From assembly GCA_964106915.2 (NCBI GenBank), contig OZ066915.1: a stretch of 64,000 nucleotides of DNA; one strand, given 5' to 3'. This DNA comes from Podarcis gaigeae. Its lineage: Eukaryota. A model generated the notes under the pieces. The model worked only from the letters and a program-made list of their open reading frames with translations. It was not told the origin of the DNA and made no database searches. This document shows, piece after piece, positions 11,021 through 34,307 of this stretch. Both the position numbers and the translations under genes were made by a program. Position 1 is the first letter of the stretch. Each line of letters opens with the position of its first letter.

Positions 11021-14000
11021 TAGGTGCGTTCTTGTTTAGGAAGTTTGATATCTTAAAAAGTAGCCTCCTTGAAGTGAAACTGAGCAGTTTGCCTTCTATT
11101 CTTGGACCACACTTGACCTTCAGTTCTGCCCCGCGTCCCTCCACCCCCATTTTTTTAAATGTTTCGTTAGCGATTTCAGTTGACACTCTTAAAAAGCAAT
11201 TGAACAAACTAAAACCCCCTGAGTTGACTCCATGCTATTTTATTGGCTTTGCAGCAATGGAGATGCTTTTTAAGCTTTCATACTTAAACGGGCAACGTTT
11301 TTTGTGAAACAGGAGCAGTGAATGTATAAACAACTTGATCAAACAACTAAGCAGTTTCTATATTAATCTTGAGGCTTTTTTAATGCATTTGATAAAAGTA
11401 GGTTGCTTAGAAACATTTATGGTTTAAAAAAGAATCATAGTACTTTTTGCTGCTGCCAGGCAACACTCTTTCTCTCTTTAGGAATAGAATTTCACATGGT
11501 CTCTGAACTGAAGGATAAACACTGACTGTAAACAGTCAGTTGATACTTTTTTAACTTTGTAAGACTATGCTTTTTATTTCTTTTCATTTTATTTTTTTTA
11601 TTATTTGGGACTAACTTGTTTGAGTGACGCTCCTATGATCAGACGCATCTTAGGAACGGTTAAGAAATCTGTTGTGAGTAGTGATTCCCAATATGTGGCT
11701 TAATGAAACTGCTAAGTCTTATTTCTGTTGTATCAGTAACCTAAGACATTCAAATCAACATAAAAAGGTTATGATGACGCTCAAATTTGGTAGGCTTCTT
11801 TTACATGCTTGATTTTTGAAATGTCAGAGGGGTATGCAGCATGTCCATAAATTTCTAAAAGTACTGAGCAATAGAGAATAGTCATAGAAAGTAAAACAGG
11901 TACTCATGTATACCTGTTTTGATGAGACTAGAAATGACAATATGAGTAACAATATTTTCCCCACTTATAATATCAATGTGTAGCATGCATAGTATTTTAA
12001 CCTTGTATTTAGTTTTTGTTACAGACAGCAGAAACCTGAAATAGACTGATTTAGGAGAAAATTGAATTTCTAATATAACACTTTGTACTTATTTACTGGT
12101 AGTTAAATCTAAATACATATTTGGGAAGTGAGATTTAATGTCACAGTTTAAAGGAAATTGACGACATCAGTTGCCTGTTTATGTTGCATGTTAAGATACT
12201 GACTGTCATAATTGTAAGCACCTTAGGCTATACCATGTTGCTTCATTAAAGTTAACATTTAAACATTATTTCAGGAAAATGTTTGTTGGTGGTCTCAGTT
12301 GGGATACAAGCAAAAAAGATTTGAAAGACTACTTTACAAAATTTGGTGAAGTGACTGACTGCACAATAAAGATGGATCCTAACACAGGCAGATCAAGAGG
12401 TTTTGGATTCATTCTGTTCAAAGAGGCAGCAAGCGTTGACAAAGTGAGTTGAAAGGATTTAAACCCTAACATTTTAATACTTTTGTATGTCCTGCCAGTT
12501 TCATTTTGATTTATTAAACTACTTTGTAGGTTTTGGAACAGAAAGAACATAAATTGGATGGTCGAGTGATTGATCCTAAAAAGGCAATGGCAATGAAAAA
12601 GGATCCTGTGAAGAAAATATTTGTTGGTGGACTTAACCCAGAAGCAGCAGAAGACAAAATCAGAGAATATTTTGGAGAGTTTGGAGAGGTGTGTAATCAG
12701 GGGAAGAGTTTAAATAAAACAGGAACTAAGAAAATAAGAATTATGTTGAAACAGACCGAAGGCCCACCTAGTCCAGCATCGTGTTCTTACATAAGAATTT
12801 CAGATTCAGAATTACATAATTGGAAATATTGGGTATACTTTGGGCTCTAGAGCCATATTGACTGCTACATGATACATACACATTCATGCACCTGATATGC
12901 CAGTCTTTCAACCAACCCATAGTTGGGAAAAATATGGGAATTGGAAATGCCCTGATAGTCCTACATAAAACCATGTATCACTGCATACTGTAGTAGCTAG
13001 ATCTGACACTGACTGATACGATCTTAAACGATACTGCTTTTTAGGATCTTAAAACTTTTCCTGATAAAGACTGTTCAGTCTGAGGGATTGAGCCTTGAAT
13101 GTAATAATTTGACAAGTCAGTAGACCAAAGGCCTCCCCCCATTATAGTTTCATAAAGCACTAACCATTTGCTTTTGAGGCCCGGTTGTTGCTTTCTTCCA
13201 AGAAAATCTTAGAACTTAACCATTGAATTCAACTTATTTTAACACTGGGCAATTGTACACTGAAATCTGAGACTTGCAGGATGGGGTTATAAGGTACAGT
13301 AATGCAGTGAAATTTATGAAACTTTGAATGGAAATTATTATGTTTCATTAGATTGAGGCGATTGAACTACCAATGGATCCAAAGACCAATAAAAGAAGGG
13401 GGTTTGTGTTCATCACCTTTAAAGAAGAAGATCCAGTGAAAAAGATTTTGGAGAAAAAATTCCACAATGTCAGTGGTAGCAAGGTGGGTATTCATGTTTT
13501 AATGAACTAACTTTAAGATTTTTTTTAGGGGCTGTTCATACAGTGGTTAATTTGTGTTTATGTGAAAATACAGTTGGAAAAGATTTACTGCTCCATAGCA
13601 TTTATAGTTTGTTTGTTCAGAGCTGAAGACACCCTTGTTCTAAAATACTACCTCTGGGTATATAAGCTTTCAATGTTGGTATTTCCTCAACAACCATGCC
13701 TATTAACTAGGTCCAATAACAACTGAAACCTCATTGTGGTTGATCTAATCTAGTTGTATATGTAGGATCATTATAAGACACATGAGTTTGTTTTTCATTT
13801 TCTCCTCCCTTTCACACAAGTGACACACACACACACACACACACACGTTTGTATAAAGGCCTGCGATGATCCCTGCATGCACCATGCGTTACAGCTGGAT
13901 GAAGAAACAAGGCTGTTCTATGAGCGTCTTTGTGCATGGAAGCTATGCACAGGGACTGAACTGAGCCCATAGGTTTGGAACGTAATAATGCCTACAGTCT

Positions 14001-16708
14001 TTTGCTCATGCAGCCCCCATGCCATCTGTACAATAGAATTACATCTTAAGGGACAGCCAAAGAATTACATGCAATTTGTACACATTTAAGGAACCAGCGT
14101 AAGATCACTCACTTGAAAGTTTAAGGCTGCATTACTACAAGCGCTTATTTGAAAGTTTTCAGAGTCTAGTGTTTCTAGAAACAAGAGTAGTTACTTAATT
14201 ATTCTTCTCTAGGTTACAGAAAATAAAATGGCAATACTGATTTTAGTTGGTAGTGTCCATTGGGGAAATGCCACATTGCTTGAGTAGTTGAAGGACATAA
14301 AATAATGGAAGGACATCCATATGGTTTCCACAAATGTAACATCAAATCATGATTGCAAATACTCTGTCCCTGTACACTTCAAGGAGCATCTTCCTTCTTC
14401 CTTCCTTCCTTCCTTCCTTCCTTCCTTCCTTCCTTCCTTCCGGAACAGCTTCCATGGAAACAAGTTAGATGTTACATTTCAAACTGCCATATAGACTGGG
14501 GAGGGGGGGTGACTTTGGTAATACAGTGCCCTGAGTGAGGACAATATTTGGTGCTCCGCACCCCCCAAAATATTTTTACACTAATTCCTTTTGATAGTCT
14601 TTGATAGATGAAAAATGAAAGATAAGATATTGAAACTATTGGATGTGTTTTAAACTGTTGTTGTTTTGTTATGTTAATTCAATGTTTTAGTGATATTGTT
14701 ATGTAGTGTCTTTGTTTTTGTATTGTATTGTTTTGTTTAACTCTTTTGCTTTCTTCTGTAATCTTTAAACTGTTAATAAATATTTTTTTTAAAAAAACAT
14801 TTCCTTTTGATAGTTAAGAGTAGGTACAAATATAGTGGTTTTATTTTTATTTATTTAGTGCTGCTATAGGTTGTGTGACCCTTTTAGACTACCATTAATT
14901 TTTGATCTTGATTTGCAGAGTTTCATACAACCATAGTTTGTTGGTGTGGATGCAGTGTGAAAGTAACTCAATCGAGCCCGTAGGGAGGGAAGACAGAGCA
15001 TATAATAGCACAGGGTTTTTTGATTTATGTTATGCTGGATAGCATTTCCAATATCTAGCACAGGAGTAGGCAAACTCAGCCTTCCAGATATTTTGGGACT
15101 ACAACTCCCATAACCCCTAGCTAACAGGACCTGTGGTCAGGGATGGGGAGAGTTGTAATCCCAAAACATCTGGAGGGCCGAGTTTGCCTATGCCTGATCT
15201 AGCACCTATCTTGCTAGTCCCTGTGTCTAGTCGAAAAAAATTATTAATAGTTTTTAGCCACAGATGTCAAACCTTAAGATAGAATGGTCACTTTTAAGAG
15301 ACCAGTGTAATTTATGGAGTTTGGGGCTTCCTTTGCAAGTTTTATAGACATTAAACCAATGTTTTTAAAACATCTATTGGATTTTAAGATAAATGATCCA
15401 AGGAAAGTTAAGAAAATAGTTTTGCAATTGCCCTTGTTCCTGAAAAGCTTCTTGAAATCCCAACTCAGGCAACACTTTGTGTGAATGGATCTTCACTCTG
15501 CCCAGTTTTATGTTCCCCACATTGTTCAGGAGTAGCAAACACACCCCTTTCCATTACTCTTGAAAGACTTTTTGGAAGAATTCAGGGACAAAGGGGCAGT
15601 AATCTATTATTTTTTGTAGTTTTACTTATCTTAAGTGCCATGACAACTGGTTAAAAACAGACTTAGGAAAAAAACCTGGCTTAATTTTAAAAATTGATTA
15701 AAATACATAGTCTTACCACCATATTCTTTGTAAGGTGAAGCTTACATTGTTTAAGATGTGCTTTGCCATGCCAAACAAGTCAAAGGAGGTTGCCTAACTG
15801 ATCATAGAGGGGACTGTTTTGAATGGAAGCATTTGATAGAAAACTTTTAAAGGGAAATTGCATGCTGTTGACTTGGAATCCTAGGACAGCAGGTTGACAT
15901 GCATAGCATTGTTATTTGGAGGGCAATTGTGCATGGAATAAATGGACTAAAATAGAGAGGCTGCCATCAACTTTAATCATTATAAATTCTAGTGATTTGA
16001 GTCTTTTTAAGATGCACACTGAAGATAAGTGTTTAAAAGTCCTGCTGTCCTGTCTCTTTCCATCCTGTAGCTAGAGATTCAGATGAAAACTTGAATCTAC
16101 TCTGAGCCTAATGTATGTTAATAACATGTGGGAATTCTATTCAAATTAAAAAATTACATTATTTCAACCATAGATAAATGTTGGAAGGAAGTGTTTGAAA
16201 TACAAACCTTGATTTTTTTTCTCCCCAGTGTGAGATAAAGGTTGCACAACCGAAAGAAGTGTATCAGCAACAACAGTTTGGATCTGGGGGTGGCCGAGGA
16301 AGAGGTGGAAGAAGAGGTACGTATTATGCACAGTACGTTAGTATGGACACATTCTAAAACAAACCTCTATACTAAAATGGGATTTTGTGGATGGTTTTCC
16401 TTTCTATAGCTCAAAGTCAAAATTGGAGTCCAGGTTATGGCAATTACTGGAACCAGGGTTATGGGAGTCAAGGATACGGCTATCAGGAAGGTTATGATGG
16501 CTATGGAGGCTATGATTATTCAGGATATGGGTATTTTGGATATGGACCGGGCTATGATTACAGTAAGTAAAGAGAACTGTATTAGGTATATGCAAGCATA
16601 ACTTAATAGCAGTTTAATGCATTTGATCTCTTGTTTATAGGTCAAGGCAGTTCAAATTATGGGAAAGCTCCAAGACGTGGTCATCAGAATAACTACAAGC
16701 CATATTGA
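10105..16708 (+). CDS. HNRNPAB: Heterogeneous nuclear ribonucleoprotein A/B (two RRMs, Gly/Tyr-rich tail, PY-NLS), 362 aa
   Basis: Coding exons 10105-10424, 12275-12443, 12530-12688, 13352-13483, 16229-16316, 16410-16562, 16641-16708. All junctions are GT-AG and phase-consistent (1089 nt). Motifs: [57 protein letters not shown], and C-terminal HQNNYKPY*. Confidence 0.97.
13823..13846. repeat. (CA)n microsatellite
   Basis: Direct reading. Confidence 0.95.
14390..14442. repeat. (CCTT)n tetranucleotide microsatellite
   Basis: Direct reading. Confidence 0.95.
15061..15196. mobile_element. hAT-type MITE with 8-bp TSD
   Basis: TIRs CAGGAGTAGGCAAACT / AGTTTGCCTATGCCTG and perfect TSD ATCTAGCA (15053-15060, 15197-15204). 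Same internal hairpin family as 2797-2907. Confidence 0.88.
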
Positions 16709-17262
16709 TCAAAAAGGTATTCAGGTATGCAGTGGCACGCTGTAATGCAGAAAACAACTGCATAGGTTTTGTACTCAATGCTGTAGATGGACATTACAAT
16801 TATGTACCAAAATTAACTTTACAATACATTTCTATGGCCTGTTATGTGTATCTGAAGAGCTCCCTGGAAATGTCTTTGTTTAATATTTACAGATAATAGT
16901 TGTCTAGACAGTGTGGTGTGTAAATTTCAGCCTTGCTGAAGATTAATGATTTTATTGATAGGTTAAATTGAAACTGATTTTGATGGTCTGCTTAAAGCTG
17001 CAGCTCTGCATCTAGGGACTGCCTCTTGGAGTTAACTATGAACTACGTTATTCCAGTTGTACAGAATGAGATGCATTTTAGGGAACCAGTGTCACTTTCC
17101 ACCTTTTTATTTTGTATTGGTTTTGTGTCATACATTTCCTCTAACGGAAGTGTTAATTTTACTGTACTTTTTGGTACCTTTTTGGAATCTAATGTATTGT
17201 AAGGTATTTTACATGTGTTCTGATTCACCATGACATGGATATTGATGCTATCTTAGCTTTTG

Positions 17263-17268
17263 AATAAA
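17263..17268 (+). terminator. HNRNPAB polyadenylation signal
   Basis: AATAAA ~555 nt after the stop codon, at the end of a U-rich 3'UTR block. Confidence 0.75.
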
Positions 17269-20143
17269 AAAGCATAATCTAGTATCCTGTGCCATTATTC
17301 CAGCTATCCTATTGTAGCTCAGGGGAAACGCCTACTAGAATTTCAGTAGAAATGATGGTGGCTGGTACATAAATTTCAGGGTTCAGATTTGGAACATGTT
17401 CTAACCCTAAAATTGATGAGTGATCAGTGAGTTTGGTTAAACAGTTATGGATTCAAAGTAGCATGTATTGCAAAGCTAAGAAAAAAATGGTAATCAGAAT
17501 AGGTGTTGAGATGCTTTCAGGCAAATGCATGGACTTGTTGGATAACTGCATCTGATTGGCTTGAGTAGGAATTAGGGGAATAGGAATCTACTTGTACAAT
17601 TAGACATTTAAACCAGTGTGAGGCTCAAGGCTGTATTTACACACGCAAGAAAATGTTAGACACGTTTGCCACATCAAAGTCTGATTTTGTTGTATATTTG
17701 AGCTCTGCTTTTAGAAATTGGGAAACATGCTTAGTACTATATATACAACCCCGCCCTCCAGCATCTCATGTAGTATGTGCATTCTGTCTGAACCACCCAG
17801 TAGGCTCTAGTCGATAAATGACAGACCACACTTAAAACTGTCAACCTGCCTGGCTTTGTGCTCTTGTGTGCTTTATTAACTATTGTTTAGAATTTAAGCA
17901 TTTAATGCTAAAAATGCTAAGATAATATTAAAGATGCCTAAAAAGTTGGATTTTCAGTACTACTTTTGTTTCTACTTTCTATCTTATAGCAGCCTTCAAT
18001 TTTTATTATTTTAACAAAAATTAGATCAACTAGTATTGCCTAGGATTGTAGAGGGAGAACCTTTTCACATTTTACAGCATGCCTCAACTCTCATGGTATT
18101 TAAAATACGCTGTATTGAATGCAAAGCAACATAGCGCTGCTGTAGCCTGCTGCTGAATCATAATTAAGGTAATGGGAAGGCTGCGAGAGATTGTGTTTTC
18201 CTCTTAATACAAATGCTTCCTCTTTCACCATTGAGCATATTTAGTGTTAACTTTGGTTCTGACATTGGCTTTAAATTTTGGTTAGCATTAGCTATGGTTT
18301 AAAAGTATGTTGCCAACTATGATTAAAGATGAGAAGGAAGTGGTTGGTCATGTGACAACTGCACCAATCTGTAAACTGATTTTATTTTTGAAGTGCAGCT
18401 CTTAGGAGACCCAAATTAGGCCTAAATATTACAAGTTCATGGCTGCTGAATGTAGCATAGCTCTAGTTACTTGGTGTTTCTTTTTACCATTTTCATAGAC
18501 CCCATAGTTTGCTTGTCAAAGCATGAGTGGTTGCAGTGAACAGAGCCTGAAAGAAAAGACTGTGATTTAGCCTTTTTATAGCTAAATGTATTCATTTCTA
18601 AATTGTCCCATGCAAAAGCTAAAGGCTCCTATAAGCAAACGCTACTGACCCAAAAGCAGGTTGTCTCAACTATCATGAGGCACTACTCTGGAGTTTTCTT
18701 CTTCCACTTAACCTCCTGTGTGGTGGGGGGCAGTTCTGCTCTCTGTATCATGCAATTATGGTTTGTTCCATACTCTTCCATTCAATGAGTCCTTATGGGG
18801 CAAAATGATGTCAAATTGTTGGCATCCTGTGGTTTTTTTCTCCTATGTTTTCATGTGCAAAGAATGGAAAAGTAGTGCAGATCCATGTGTATTGTAGCTT
18901 TTGCCTTTTTTGAGAGAGAGGTACATGGTCTTGACACATTGGGATGTGAACTTGTTGCCATGCATCTGTGCTTTGGCATGTTTACTGCTGTGGTTCTGGT
19001 CAGCACCATTTTATTGTATTAGTGCAGGTTAAACGATAGCAAGTTGAATTTTAAAACACTTTTTAGCATATTATTTTTAAAGATGGAAATGTGTGTAACT
19101 GTGCATCTAAAGAAAATCTAAAAAGCATGCTCAAAATTGTCCTTCCATACCTGTAGCACTAGGAGCCAGCAGTCTGAAGAGATACTATGAAGTAAGGTCA
19201 CTGCTGATAGGGACACAGTAAAATTTGAACCAGCAAATTAGTTCTAAATAATGTAGGTGGGTAGTTCCTAAATCTATGTCATCAAAAAGTAAAACTTTTT
19301 TTTAAAAAAGAATGAACTATTTTTTATTAGCATAGCCAAATTTGCTATCTGGTTTAATAGTTCTTTAGTACCTCCCTTCGATCCTGAATGAAAAATATAA
19401 CATGGATTTGATGGTAGGTAAACACTTTCCATGTAAAATTGCTTGTTGAAAACATTTGGAAAAAATATTTTTTCTCTGACATGCTCATCCCTACAAAACT
19501 TAGAAAAGATTTCCGCATAATTAAAATGTTGGTATGTTTAGGTATAAACTTTGCTAACTTTAGCCGTTGCTTACTTTATTGTTAGGAAGGAAGAAAACAT
19601 GCCCACAAATGACTGGAAGGTGCTAATTTTATAATATAAACAGAAATGAGTGTAAGTTGTGGTTTAGGTTCTGTAACCAATAAAGCAGTTTGTTTTCTGG
19701 ATAAATCAATTGATTTTTACTCCACTGCATGAAGAGTTGGATCAACAGATAACATCTGTAGAGCTTTGAACTTATGTACTATCAGTATTACAACAAAGAC
19801 AATAAATTTAATAATTGTAGTTGGGAAAAGGTAGTATTTTTGGTATTGTAGCTTAAGTAAAATATATTAGAAACATGGTAGAATTCAGCACCATGTCTGT
19901 AACCTGCAAGAGATGGAATGAAAGAATTAAATATCCACATTTCAAAGCTCAGTGAAAGTTTCCTTAATACTTTGTAATAACATGCTTATTGTAGATTATA
20001 CATTGCTAGGATATAATTGTGTACATTCATTGTGTATTTAGATTAATGAATTGACTGGATTCCTTCATGGAGTAGTTGACTCTTTTTTTATCATCAGATT
20101 ACCTGAATACTTACCATATGAAGGTAGTGGAAGTGAACTTTCT

Positions 20144-30824
<10,681 letters not shown>

Positions 30825-33800
30825 GGCTGCCCAGAAGTGCGGGAAAAGGAACCGTAGAGATAGGATGAAGATGCCACCCTAGGGGCAACCTGGTTTTCCT
30901 GGAGGAAGGCTTTCCGGGTTTCTTTGTGAGGCTCTTCCCCTGCTCGGGGAGGCGGAAGTGGGAGCTGCCTATAGGAGACAGTGGGGGGAGATAGGGCTGG
31001 GCAGCGGTTTCTCCGCCCCGGCAAAGAGAGGAAGCTGAGGCACTTTCTGTTTTTTACTCTCTTGTGTGAAATGTGATCTTATTGCGTTTCCGCCTCGACC
31101 CCCCACAGGCCAGTGCAGCCTGTTATCTAAGAGTCGCAGCTTGGTGGGGGGGTCCATGATAACCGAGAGTTCACCGGCCCGCTCCGTGCATGAACGGAAG
31201 CGAGGAATCCGCTCCCGCGTCAGGCCTGAGCAGCCGGGATTCTGCAACGCCCCCTGGTGGGCGCGCGGTGGAACTTTCTCGGCTGGGCTGCAGGCGGCGA
31301 AGCCTAAAGAGTAGAGTCTGCGGCTCCCGCGAGGGCAGTGTCAGAAGCTGCTGAAGAGCCTCGCAATGAAGCAGTTTAGTAGGTGGGGTTCCCAACCCGG
31401 CGCGATTCAATGGGCGATGCTTTCCCCTCACCAGCATGGGCGTGCCGGGAAGCGCTCCACCCGTTGAATTACTGTGTCCAAGAAGCAGGTGCCCTTGTCC
31501 TTGCAGCGCTTCATCCTCCAGTTAATTTTCTGGCATTTTGGAGCTGGAGTTAACATGGAAGGCTCTTAACATGTTGAGCCGAAAGTTTCAGAGAATATTA
31601 ATGTTTGTCCGCTCATCAAATGTTTATCTGACCTTGTCAAATATATTTTCTGTGCAAAGCTTTCCAGTTCATTCGTGTGTGTGTGTGTGTGTGTGTTTGT
31701 GTATTCTTTATACAATCCAATGTAAATCTGTTTTGGATTATGACAGTTGGCATTCCAAACATGTATTTGAAAGTAAGAGTAAGGTGAGACTATTAGTAAG
31801 AAAATGAATTGGAATAATTCCAGTTTTGTTTTGTTTTTGTAACGGGACTATTTTTAAGTAACTTTTTAAAACTATTGGTCTGATTAATGGAACGACTTAC
31901 TTTAATTTCAAAAAATAATGAAGCTAATTTGAATGCAAATGCTTTGGATGTTTTATAGCTCTGGTTAGGAATGTTGCAGGAATATAATTCACAACATAGT
32001 AAAAACAATCTGTACAAGAAGCAGTTTATTCTAAAATGGTTCAAATATCAAGTCTTACTACAAACCAAAGCACAAAACAATGGGAACACCGCCAAACTGT
32101 GCAGCGCCTGTTGTAAAATTTACAAAACAGATCAGTACAAGTCTATATTTTTATTCAATAATTCATAATACTGTATTAATGCCTTCATTTTAAAAATAGT
32201 TGTTCCCCCATAGTACAACTAAATATAGCAGTTGTTCTGGCTTGTACGTGTTAGAAATTTTACATAAAGTTGTAATCAATGACAACTAAACATGTCGCAT
32301 AAATATTCCCTTCCAACTTTAAGCTATACCGTACATTTTATTCAAGCTCAGAAGAGTTTTTCAATATAAAGCATGTAAAATACATTCCACAAAATTCTTC
32401 ATGAAAGAGGCATAATTCTCAAAGCCCTTTTACTTAGTAGTTACTGAATGAGATTACTTGCATGAAAAGGAGACTTCTATGTGCAGTTTGTAATACCGGA
32501 CACTACCTTGGTAATTATGAGTCTGTTGACCCCTTCATTTGCACATTCATACAGCTTCTATATAGACTTCCTGAATAAGAGTTTTACTGAATATAAAACA
32601 CAAGTTGTATTATGTTGATCTTTGCTTAGAATCTCACTTAAAAAGTAGAAGATACGCAGTCCAACTGCTTTTTTTGGGGATTGTCCTTTGCTCTCACTTG
32701 AAGTCAAGGGCACTTGATTTACTAGGACTCATTCTGATACAGAGTTACTGTAGGTGCTCAGCACACTGTAAAACAGGGGGCAGCAAGTGGAGGCACCTGG
32801 GCCAAATCCAGGCCCCTGACAGATATTGCATTTGTCAATGTAGAGGTGAAAGGGGTATGCAGAAAGTGGCATCTGTGACAACAAAACTTTATAGCCGTTG
32901 CTTCCTTCCCCACTCTTAAGTGGCCTGTAGGGAAACTGCTGACCGGGGCTGTAGAAGCATGCCCTAGTTTTTGCAAGGCAGACAAGCAAGTTAGCAAAAT
33001 CTTCCTGTATATTGAGCAGTGAATTACATTGTTCACTGTAGTTCAGCTTCTGCCTGTGCAATGAGTAGCAGTAATTTGTCTTAAAACTTGAGCAACTTGG
33101 GCACTAGTGAGTTTAATATACTATTACTGCATATGTTTTTTACAGCAAAACATTGAATTAGACAAGAGGCAAAGCCAAACTATATTTATAGTTGCAGCAA
33201 TATATATTCAAAATGCCAATTTAGAAGTTGACAGTGTTGTTTTTCAGTTCTGTGGCACAACATTCTGTTGATATAGCAGATGTGAAATACTTTCAAGCTC
33301 CATCTCTTTAAGTGGAAGAGATTTAAGCCTGTCCATTATGCTTAACTCTACCGTTTAATTTTGATTAGATTATGCCTACTGATTACACTGATTTCAATTA
33401 TAATTTCAACTCGGCAGAAATGTGCACTTCACACCCCACCTAAAATGTAATAATAAAATCAAGGTCAACTACTGAATCTTAGGAATGCTCTCCAATTCAA
33501 CTGTCTGCTTTGCCAAATGAACACTATATGTGAATGCAGTTTATTCAGCATGCAAAAATGCATTGCTTAGGAGGCAATGGTGAATAAATGTTCAATTATT
33601 GTATCCTGATACTGATCAATCACTTTGCTGGATATATCTTTGGAAATCAAACCCACCTAGAAAATGAAAATTAGCCATTTGAAATCAAATTATGGAAGGG
33701 TTTTAGTACCATATAGTGCAAACCTTCACTTTTTTAAGCTATCAAGTTGAAAAATTATAAAATTATCAAAAACTGAAAACAACATGTAGTGAAAATATTG

Positions 33801-34171
33801 AATGCTGGCTATTCTTTATATTTCCATTCAAAATAAGAGTAATTTAAAGCGTAAAACAAAATTATCTTTATTTCACATACTAACCAGATTGGTGCTTTTG
33901 AAAGCATATTAATGTCCTCTTATATAAAGAAGCCATGTTGATAATCTTCAATGTTTTAAAATACTGTGCTGATTAAAAATACCAAATCACTACTATTCTG
34001 ATGGCTAGTAGCGATTTGGTGATCTTAATCGGTACTTATGCACAGTAAATAGAGCATTTCTATTAAAAAGGAATTACCTAATTCCTTTCAGGGCTTTAAA
34101 GCTGTTATTTCCCACAATTCCCAATGCTACAAAAGGTGATGCCGATAAGCATTTTAAATGAGTATCTAAAG

Positions 34172-34307
34172 CAGGAGTTACAGGTTCTTTAGCTTTTCAG
34201 ATGTAGAACTACCACTCCCATCAGCCCTAGTAAGCACTGCCAATGGCTAGTGATGGTGGGAGCTGTAGTTCAGCAACATCTGGAGAGCCAAATGTTCCCC
34301 ACTCCTG
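34172..34307. mobile_element. hAT-type MITE with 8-bp TSD
   Basis: Termini CAGGAGT / ACTCCTG and perfect TSD ATCTAAAG (34164-34171, 34308-34315). Confidence 0.82.

Noticed and set aside
11771-11867. Box C (ATGATGA) ... box D (CTGA) in an HNRNPAB intron, possible snoRNA
   Set aside because: No terminal stem and no recognisable rRNA antisense element; such motifs occur by chance in AT-rich introns.
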